From Octopus bimaculoides (lineage: Eukaryota): a stretch of DNA of 64,000 bases. Under the pieces are notes generated by a model. It did no database searches and had not been told where the DNA came from. It saw only the letters and a list, made by a program, of their open reading frames with translations. Where the stretch lies: the NCBI RefSeq assembly GCF_001194135.2, contig NC_068988.1, positions 89,267,672 through 89,331,671 on the forward strand. Reading direction: 5' to 3'. Shown here piece by piece: positions 54,540 to 64,000 of the stretch (its first letter is position 1; the number at the start of each line of letters is the position of its first letter). Made by a program: the position numbers and the translations under genes.

Positions 54540-55260
54540 TGAACCCCACTTAACGAACCCAACATACCCATCTTCCGCTTTCCCCGTGTCCTTCTCAACT
54601 TCTAGAAGCGTCACTTCGGCACTCTGCCGCTGTTGCTCCTTTTCATCTTTGTCTTCCTGGGGACACCTTGCTCTCATGTGTCTCCTCTCTTCATAGTGAT
54701 AACAGGTTGGTGGTCTTCCCTCCACCACCTATCTCAATCTCACATTGTCCGGCAATATCACTTCCGCTATTTCGTGTAAGTCCTTTAGACTGACTTGTAT
54801 GGCCATTTCAAGGCCGTATCCCAACAGTTTACCTTTTTCGATCTCGTTACTTTTAAAATGTTCGCGTCTTCCATGTTCCTCCATATTATGCATAATGGCT
54901 GCCGCCAGCCACACCTCTTTAATCTCCACGGGGTACTCTACTTACCCTTACTCTTGCTACACGTTTTCCACACTAAGTTGGCACAAGTACCTACTCTTGT
55001 AGCGCCATAGTGGAGTGATCTATCGCTTCCTGTGCCGTATTTTCTCTCTCTCGTGTAGAATGTTGTGAGGCTTTTCATTCCCTTCAAATAATCCCCTATA
55101 TCTCCCACTGTGGCAATTTCTATTTTTTTTTGCTGACGTGGAGAGCGTTCTGTAGACCACTGCTCGCTTTGTTACGCTGACCGTTAATTCTTCCAGCGAC
55201 GTCAACCTTAAACTGGTTTCTTCTCTCTCAGTTCACTTGTTGTATTCTTGTAGTTTCTTT
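54540..55260 (-). mobile_element. Gag-like ORF1 remnant of a non-LTR retrotransposon (degenerate zinc knuckle)
   Basis: EIKEVWLAAAI...LPDNVRLR joins VEGRPPTCYHYEERRHMRARCP, a decayed CX2CX4HX4C, followed by a charged tail. Confidence 0.65.
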
Positions 55261-55826
55261 GGCTCAATTTTCACTTCTTAAAACTCTAATGCGTCAGTAG
55301 TTAAACATCTTCCAGTGGCTGAAGCATAACTGCTGGCTGAAACTGGTTCGCACTCCATATTTCCTTTTTTTTCCACTTTACCCATAAATGGGGAAACGAG
55401 CAAATAAAAATCACACGCCCGTAGGTAAAAAAAAAAACAAAAAAACAGCAGCAGTGATTCAGCAATTCATCAAATATTAAGTTTAGCCTTACGGGAGACC
55501 TTCAACAGATAATTAACGATGCGACTTACGTCTAACAGAGATCAAAAAGTATTTAACCGAAAAGGAAAACAGCATCAACTATGTTTCTGACTCAGTTCTT
55601 ATCTATTGTAATCGGCAAGTCCGCCTTCAGTTACGTGATGGTATTCAGTATTCTCCCATAATATACCGAAGCTAGTGGGGGAATTTCAACCATGTTCCGT
55701 GGTCTGCTACCACAACAGCTCCTTTATAGGATCCAGTTAGCTCAAGACATCATCAGGACGAACCACGTCCGGTTTCGGCCTCTACTCCTCTACCGTTTTA
55801 AAGCCAAATATTTTAGGATGAGCTAG

Positions 55827-56320
55827 CTCATAAGAGAATATCCCAATGGATTGCTAATCCATTCGGATGTTCTTGCATAATTCCCCGTTTCTTCAAAACA
55901 GACATCCGCCGGTTTCTTGGTAATATGTAATTTCAATATTTGTCATCTTCGGCTGGTGCCAGTTCATTAATTTTAAATCTCTCGCATTCCCTATTAGCGA
56001 TTCTAGCGTATGTAATAAAATCTTCGTCCTATTTTTTTTTTTTTTTTTGCAATATTCATGCATTGCCATCGCGTATTAAATAAAAAGCTGGCAGGGCATG
56101 AATAGTACACAAAAAGTGGACGATGATTTTATTAGATACGCTAGACACGTTAATAGGGAATGCGTGAAATTTAAAATGAATGAACTGGCACCAACAGGCC
56201 GTGAGAAATATTGCAATTACGTATTAACAAAAAACCGGATGAAGTCTGTTTTGAAGAAACGGTGAATCTTCTGGTAACACCGGAATGGATTAGCAATGCA
56301 TTGGGATCTTCTCACATGAG
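55827..56320. mobile_element. Foldback/MITE with about 200-bp inverted arms
   Basis: 55827-56029 matches the reverse complement of 56118-56320 (ATTGCTAATCCATTC, CCGTTTCTTCAAAACAGAC, TGGTGCCAGTTCATT, CGCATTCCCTATTA) at roughly 80% identity; spacer about 88 bp. Confidence 0.85.
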
Positions 56321-56475
56321 TTGCAGCAGTTATACTTTTAAACACTTGTACCCATTTCATCGGTCTCTTATGCCGAAGCTGTAGGTTATGGGGAAATAAA
56401 CAAACGAGAATTGATTGTCACCAATTGTAAAACACAAGCACAAAGCTGCACTCGCAGAGAAACACACACAAACAC

Positions 56476-56555
<80 letters not shown>

Positions 56556-56565
56556 GTCTGTATGT

Positions 56566-56596
<31 letters not shown>

Positions 56597-56734
56597 TAAG
56601 TATATATTCATGTAGAATTGCTTGTAAGTGCATTGTATAAGACTTAACCAGGTCAATGCGTTGTATCCTTCAGCAATGCACTCTATTTTACGATGCAGCT
56701 GTTTCCTCAGCGGAAATCTGTGTTTTCCTATGTA

Positions 56735-57420
56735 TTCCTTGTTGCATTTGTGCATGTGTGTTTGTTGTAAATGCACAAGCTGTTACAAATATAAATATAC
56801 AGTCTATAATTCAAAATATAATAACGATAGTGGGTATGGTCAATTAAAAAAAAATTAATACCATTTAGCAATATGCCACCGCATACATCTTCCTTTCTAA
56901 ATGACAGGCTTACGGTGACACATTAAGTTAAGATAGAAGAGACAGTAGGATGTGCATATCATTACATAGGTGCCTTTAATAATTAACAACAGTTTCATAC
57001 ACCCGCACATCATACTCACTCGGCAGTGATGGCTGCAGTTAGTCATATCTTATGAGTAATAAAATATTAAATATAAATTTTAGAAATTGCCATCAACTAT
57101 GAAACTCTTTTATAAATATACAGACAGCTACAATTATGGGGAGATTTCCTTATATATTACAGTATTTTAATGAGAAATATAAGTTATAGAAACATACCTA
57201 TCTAGTATAATTAATGTAGTAGAAAGACGAAAAACAGAAAATTATAAATGCGTTTGAATATATTTATTTCTCTGATATACTCAAGTGGTACTAATTTTGT
57301 TTTTGATGATCAACCATAGCAACTACCATTATTATATTCTGAATTATAGAATGAATATTTATATTTGTAACTGTTTGAGCATTTACGACAAACCCACAGA
57401 TACAAAGACACAAAGACATA
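56735..57420. repeat. Inverted repeat, about 130-bp arms and about 415-bp spacer
   Basis: 56735-56870 matches the reverse complement of 57285-57420 (GTAAATGC, GTTACAAATATAAATAT, CTATAATTCA). The ORF track shows it too: [20 protein letters not shown] and VVNAQTVTNINIHSIIQNII. Confidence 0.8.
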
Positions 57421-57438
57421 CAGAGAATAATATACATA

Positions 57439-57481
<43 letters not shown>

Positions 57482-58341
57482 TTGTCTATTAAATTATTTT
57501 AGATTTCAGTCTGCTGAGAGCAACTGCCAGCGAATCTTTAACATCATTACAAGTATTGTATTGCATTTAGAATAAGTTCTGAATTCATTTCATCTTTATT
57601 AAAGTTCTTCAATTTTATGTACGAAACCTCCCATTTATACATGCATGCATATATACCTATGTAATATATATGTATATATAATTATACTTATGTACATAAA
57701 TAAATACATATACTCACGTATATACTTATAATATATGCATTTATAAATATACATTCTTGCAATCATTCTTGAACGTATTATGCGTGTGTATTTACATTTG
57801 TTCTTCAATCGAGTATTTTGCTTAATCGCTCTTTAGGATTTGCATATTTCAGTTATTTACATTGAAAGCAACTGTAAAATAAAAAGAGGCCAAATCACTT
57901 GTATTTATTTTAATGAGTCAATACTATTGCATGGTTCTCCCCAAAGATTTCCAATAGATTTTTCAAACGTTTTTATTCACAACGCTATTGCAAATGTTTT
58001 AAAATATGTTCACCTCTATTAAATCAATTATTTGATTTCATGCTATTTTATTCCTCTACAGCAGTTACGAATACTGATGAATTATCCAAATTGCAACTCT
58101 TAAACGACAAAGCTTATATGTTTTTCTTTGTTATTCAAGGTATCCCCATTGTCAAGTACTTTATTTAGCCAAATTTAAAATAATGATGAAGTGCTCCCAC
58201 CTGATTTCTTGCTAAAAAGAGATGATAAACAACACAAACAAACATATGTACACAGAATTTTGTATAAAAGGCAGACACACACACACGTGCGCAGGCGCAC
58301 ACACACTCACATTTATGCATGTATAGATATGTATATGTATT

Positions 58342-58374
<33 letters not shown>

Positions 58375-58614
58375 ATCTCNNNNNNNNNNNNNNNNNNNNN
58401 NNNNNNNNNNNNNNNNNNNNNNNNNNNNTACATATATCCGATTGAATCTAAAATTTTTCGGATTTTTTCTGATGATTTTTGGGAACTTGCATTTCCACGT
58501 TTCATCATTGGTTTCCTACAGATACTTGGCTAACCGTTGCTGAATTTGTTTAGAAAATCTGTTTACATAATATTTAAATCTTAATTGCTATTTATTTATT
58601 TTACAGATTTGATA

Positions 58615-59140
58615 ATGAGTGGCGAAACAATTACAATTAGAACAATTTTACGCTAACTGTGGGGGAAGTCTGAGGGCAAGGGCAGCGAGAAAAGATAATA
58701 ATGATCAAGAAAGGCACAGGAACCGCCAACGAAAGAGTGGCACAAATCCGGTTCAGACTTTTCAAAGAAAGTGACTCCAGTCACGAAGAAGAATCAAAGT
58801 CAAAGATACCTTTTGCTGCGAAAATGGTTGAATAACAGCCAATCTCAAACACTCATACATTGTTGGCAGAAATTCATACTTCCCAAAGCACCATCAAATA
58901 ACATTTCCATACGCTCGCTCTTGTGAATGGGCACCGTTGGGAAGATCTTCATGAACTGACCAATGACCAGGGTCAACGATGTGTGAATATTTGCAAACAG
59001 CCGCTAGCAAACCCTGTAAATGCTAGTTTTTCGCGTCGAATTGTAACCGGGGACAAAATATGCATCTATTTTGATAATTCTAACATAAGAAATAGGCGGC
59101 TTTGTTCCGGCCATGTTTCAGAACCTGTTGACATCCAGTA
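58615..59140 (+). mobile_element. Mariner transposase N-terminal remnant (pseudogene)
   Basis: GTANERVAQIRFRLFKE (HTH-like) and HELTNDQGQRCVNICK...FSRRIVTGDKICIYFDN match the mariner WVPHEL and IVTGDEKW motifs. Confidence 0.8.
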
Positions 59141-59149
59141 AGGACTTGG

Positions 59150-59430
59150 GTATTATCAGTTTCACCATCGTCAAACTTACACTTTCTATATCCACTCTCT
59201 CTTACATGTACAAAGACACCTATACTACACAGATATTCTTTATAACATTACCTTATAAATATTCAGTTCAGCTCCTGTTCTCTCCTAACCACTCTTTCAT
59301 CACTTTCCACCTGTCTCATCTCCAGCATACAATACATACGGCGAACATTTTTTTCTGTTCAGTGCCTCCACCACTTTCGCTAATCCCGTTGTCGTTGTTC
59401 CTAACTTCCATGTCACAAAACGTATTAATC
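59150..59430 (-). mobile_element. RTE-like LINE AP-endonuclease N-terminal remnant
   Basis: Minus strand RFVTWKLGTTTTGLAKVVEALNRKK, then (frameshift) RWKVMKEWLGE, resembles the RTE motif GTWNVGT...EVV...QETRWKG. Confidence 0.5.
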
Positions 59431-60869
59431 TATCACCAAAAGAGACATCAAATTCTCGGTCTAGAAATTTCCACATTATTCTCTATATATAGCATTGCGA
59501 CACAATTAAATTCCATATGGATATGAATTCTCAATGCCAAGTAATATCAGAAATCGAAATATATCTTTTAAATGAAAGAAAATTTGATGTACATATCTAT
59601 AAACGGACAAAGAATATATATGAAAAATGGAACACAATAAATTTAACACGTAACAGATGAGATAAATAACCAGATAAAATGAAGATATATCCTGATGACA
59701 TACAGCGGAGTGATCAACAAAATATGAACAAGAAAAAATCATTCAATATGAAAGGAGATATTTGCGGATGTGTATGTTTATATGTGTGCGTGAGTGTGTA
59801 TGTATGTATGTATGCATTTGTGTATGATGTATGCATGCATTTATGTATGTTGTATGTAGGTATGTATGTATGTATATATGTATGTATGTATGCATGTATG
59901 TATATGTATACAAGAATTATAAGTTGAACATTCTAAAGATGCAAATCACGAACATGATTATCTGGATGTTGAAATAATTAAAGAATTGAAGTGAATAGTG
60001 CATCCCATGGCTTAACATTCTACAAAAATAAAACAAGAAGAAACCATCGATATTTGAAAAAGTAAAAGATAATCTTGGCCGATTTACGCATCCTAGAACC
60101 ATTCGCTAAAATGAAAAATACCATATTAATGATATATATAGTAGCAAAAGTAGTTACACAGGAAGCATTAACGAACTTTATAAACTACTCATAAATGATT
60201 GTCAATGAAAGTAAATGCCGCCGAAAACCAACTAAAAATTATAAGATCTATCTCACCTGAATGAAATCGATGACAAAGATGGAACATGAAAAATAACGAG
60301 AAACATATATTACTGATACCAAAAAAATATTTGAAAGAAATCCGGAAGCAAGAAATCATCATGAAACTGCAAATATTCTTTTCTATCTTTCTCTTTTGCT
60401 TTTGCTTTTGTTTTGGTTTTTCCAAATCCGACGTATTTAAATCAGAAATATTTATATTCAAACCTAAAGTGATTTTATCTACAAACAATGACAAAAAAAA
60501 AAGAGAAATATCAAAAAGTTTAATGCAGCACCAGCAGAAATAGGAGTAGAATTCTAAGGAACAATATTAACGGTAAACGACTTGCCATAACATGATTGTT
60601 TAAAACAAGAACTGCTCCTTCTGAACAATCACGCGAAGTCCCATTTGCAGTATAAAAACAAACTTCGAAAGCAGGGTTATATGATAACATGAATTCAGCG
60701 ACTAAGATATGGAACAAACATCACTAGTTCACCTTCTGAACATGTTAACCATCGCTTCCGTATTGATTGCTTTCTGCAACGAATTCAGCCACCGGATGAG
60801 ATCCATACCATCGGGTTTTTATAGTTCTTTTTTTTAAAAATTAAATTTGTTATAACGTAACTCTGTAAT

Positions 60870-61010
60870 TTTAGCTCAAGATTAGCAGTTTTTGTGGTAG
60901 GGCCCAGTTGATTACATTGACTGCATTGCTGAAATGGTACTTTATCGACACGAAAAAGAGAAAAGCAAGCTGATCTCGGATAGAATGCCACAAAGCATTT
61001 TGTCCGATGT
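60870..61010 (-). mobile_element. SINE family B remnant
   Basis: Minus strand GAGATCAGCTTGCTTTT...GTCGATAAAGTACCA...GTCAATGTAATCAACT. Confidence 0.6.
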
Positions 61011-61124
61011 GATTTCTGTATAAAATTATGCTGAAGCATTTATTTGATGCTTTGTGTTAACGTGATTCTCAATTCTTCCACAACGATAAGCTGACGTCTG
61101 GGGTACGACGCACGGATGTGCATC

Positions 61125-61225
61125 AGCTTCCATTTGGTTATTTCAACTCCTGTATCAGACTACTCACTAGTTTATCTGCACCGGGAGGATGAAACGCAAA
61201 CTTGACAATTTCATGATTTCAAAGT
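61125..61225 (-). mobile_element. SINE family B remnant
   Basis: Minus strand GTCAAGTTTGCGTTTCATCCTCCCGGTGCAGATAAA. Confidence 0.5.
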
Positions 61226-61995
61226 AAACTATAAATGACCGTAAGTAAATTATGAAATTCAGTTGGTCAGGGGAACTCACAACTAATCTTCCGAACCAGC
61301 TTCTATCTAATGAATTAAACCCAAACGCAAGTGTGACACTAGGTCTTTCAGTCTGGTGAATTAATTAGTAATTCGCTGGTTGCATTTCAACAACAAATTT
61401 CAGCATGTGCATATTTCATGAAGCTTTATTTTGTAAATCAAACAGAATAAAATCACAGCGGGGGCTATCGACTCGTTTCTCGCAACTGCACATGATACAT
61501 TTTTAATATTTTACGTTTATTATGGTCTTTGGTATAGAACTAAGTAAATGACGGTGTGAGGTCTTCATGGATTTTTGTGTCGATTTCGTCAACTCCAGTA
61601 ATTATTTCTGTCTGGTGCGATTCTATTGAACTTCGTTAATGGAACGGTTGAATTATATATACATATATGTGCATATATATATATANNNNNNNNNNNNNNN
61701 NNNNNNNNNNNNNNNNNNNNNNNNNNNNNNNNNNNNNNNNNNNNNNNNNNNNNNNNNNNNNNNNNNNNNNNNNNNNNNNNNNNNNNNNNNNNNNNNNNNN
61801 NNNNNNNNNNNNNNNNNNNNNNNNNNNNNNNNNNNNNNNNNNNNNNNNNNNNNNNNNNNNNNNNNNNNNNNNNNNNNNNNNNNNNNNNNNNNNNNNNNNN
61901 NNNNNNNNNNNNNNNNNNNNNNNNNNNNNNNNNNNNNNNNNNNNNNNNNNNNNNNNNNNNNNNNNNNNNNNNNNNNNNNNNNNNNNNNNNNNNNN

Positions 61996-62038
<43 letters not shown>

Positions 62039-62209
62039 TAACATAACAGTTTGATTCAACTCCAAGCTTCAGAAGTTAGACCTGTAGAAAACTACATATA
62101 TAGGCATGTGTACATACATTTATATACGTATATATATCTATGTAAGTATGTATAAACATACATAATTACATATACATTATGCATACATATATATAGCATG
62201 TATGTATGT

Positions 62210-62950
62210 CATTATTCAGTTTTATTTCAAGATTTCTTGCCAATAGAGAGAAAAAGAGCCGGTTTCTAATCTAGATCCAAGACGCCCTCATTGGAATTTC
62301 GACAACACCAACAGAAAGTTTTTGTATATATGTATACGTGCAGAATTTTATGTTTTGTTTTATGTTTGTCGTCTCATGCATACACATGCATATATAGAAT
62401 GCTCATATAAACGTCTGGAACGTTTTACAGATTTTTACAGTTCCATTGATGGCTTAGTTCTGTAACCCTCGAATCACCTTTCTCTTTTCTGGTTTTGAGA
62501 AGCGCAATTTATCAAGATTGGTATTAAGGCAGTGTGTTACTTATAATAGTGCCCCAATGATTACTGGATAGAGTAACTACAGATTACTCAATAGTTCAGT
62601 GTAGGTATTCTCTTTTTCACTGTTTTCAACTTTATGTTAACATCCACTGGGCAGGTGATTTCCACAACTGCACACAGTTTATCTTCTCTATCCCAAATCA
62701 TATCAGCTCTATTGTGGTTACGTCGTATTGAAGTTTTCACTGGGACATTCCATAGGTACTCCATTTTATTATGAGAAGATATGCCTTCTACCATATTGTG
62801 GATTCTTATGTCTTTGTCCCCGGTGTTATCCTTCCAACGGATTTCATTATATAGTGTCCCATATACAACGTCATAACTCATCGGTAGATAATTACTGTAA
62901 TGAATTTTTCGGGCTTATGATGTGGTTGATAACTTCGGTATTAAAGTCTG
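62210..62950 (-). mobile_element. 5'-truncated R4/Dong-like element with endonuclease C-terminus and 3' UTR (same family as 50760-51340)
   Basis: WNVPVKTSIRRNHNRADMIWDREDKLCAVVEITCPVDVN, then HCLNTNLDKL...GTVKICKTF with a stop near 62405, then a UTR ending AGAAACCGGCT...GAAATAAAACTGAATAAT. Confidence 0.85.
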
Positions 62951-62989
62951 CATCAGCTGTCACATTATGTATGTGTCTTCTATTTTTTT

Positions 62990-63480
62990 AATTATTATAA
63001 ATATTCCACTGAGGAGGAAGCCGGTTTCCGACAAAAATACATCTTTGGGATGTAGTTAACACAGACTAATTAACATTTGGAACTTAAGAAAATTCTTGCA
63101 TATCTTTACTCTTCCACTCACATATTGCATTTGTAATGTACAAATTAGCCGGTCGACTTCTCTTTCTGACAATCCCAGTTTATCAAGATTCTCCTGTAAG
63201 CATTTACCAACAAAACCCAGTACTCCAATCAGTATTGGTATGAATGTGAATTCATAGTCTGGATACAGAAGCTGGAGGTTTCGAAGCAGTTGCCCATATA
63301 TATCATATTTCTCTTTGATTTTCAAAGAGATATTTATATCTGCATGACAGCTGATCTTTATGATGGTACATACCTTAGCCTTTCTGTCCGAAACAACAAT
63401 ATCCAGCCTGTTATCTTTACATTTGACGACATTTAAGGATAGCTGCTTATCAATGTTGCAGACTTTACATTTCAGCACTG
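62990..63480 (-). mobile_element. Second, divergent R4/Dong-like 3' end (restriction-like endonuclease)
   Basis: ORF 63056-63478: KCKDNRLDIVVSDRKAKVCTIIKISCHAD...FIPILIGVLG...SGRVKICKNFLKF. The short UTR has GGAAACCGGCT and an ATAATAAT end. Confidence 0.85.
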
Positions 63481-64000
63481 TACATATATATTTTTTTAAC
63501 CGCTGTCATTTTGCAGGTACTGCCTGAATGATAGCATACGGCATTCGTGGGTCGTCTGTTTCTGTGGAAGTTCCCAACCACCTCTTGAGGATCCTCATTA
63601 GAAGTCCCAACATTAGCAGGGCAGTTGTGCGTGCAAACCACTATATGTTTTACGTATTTGTTGTCAGTAATTGTGAAGGTCTGTGTGTCGTTTTTATGTA
63701 AAATACACAGTTGTGATGATGATTGTTTGCATTTGTACTTTTCTAATTAGCCTCTCATTTCTGGTTTAATTAACTGTATGTTCTAGATATAGTTTCTATG
63801 ATATATGGTTACATTACAAGCTGCTTCAATAATTACAGATATTAATCTAAACTTCACGTTCGTATGTCAATATAGAAAGACGAGAAAATTCGTAAACTAT
63901 TTACCTTGAAAAGTTTACTTGCCACTGAAACAGATAAAAATTTATAAAAATCGACAACAATATTTCTTTCTGGGACGAAAACAAAACATTCAACACACAC

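Noticed and set aside
63517-63605. Strong plus-strand acceptor (TTAACCGCTGTCATTTTGCAG) followed by a short open frame
   Set aside because: All frames stop within 30 codons, no upstream exon was found, and it lies antisense and adjacent to the LINE remnant.

Overview
AT-rich, microsatellite-dense animal genomic DNA from a short-read assembly, with ten N-gaps (all but two adjoin (TA)n). The SINE sequences look like those of coleoid cephalopods (Octopus); this is recalled, not searched. I cannot support any intact host gene, rRNA, true tRNA or CRISPR array, so the window is probably intergenic or deep intronic. It is filled with decayed mobile DNA. LINEs: a CR1/L2-group RT remnant, seven fragments of R4/Dong-like elements (RT + CCHC + restriction-like endonuclease), an RTE endonuclease remnant, a gag-like ORF1 remnant and a probable Penelope remnant. 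DNA transposons: a Chapaev3-like transposase and two mariner remnants. About 14 SINE copies from several modular families are also present. The most unusual signals are (i) scrambled, inverted and folded-back R4/Dong-like fragments, some sitting in (TAA)n tracts, plus two 3' ends in tandem that share a GAAACCGGCT motif, and (ii) seven long inverted repeats with arms of about 30-200 bp that would form dsRNA if transcribed. I found no evidence for a wholly new gene system. All alignments and identities were estimated by eye.
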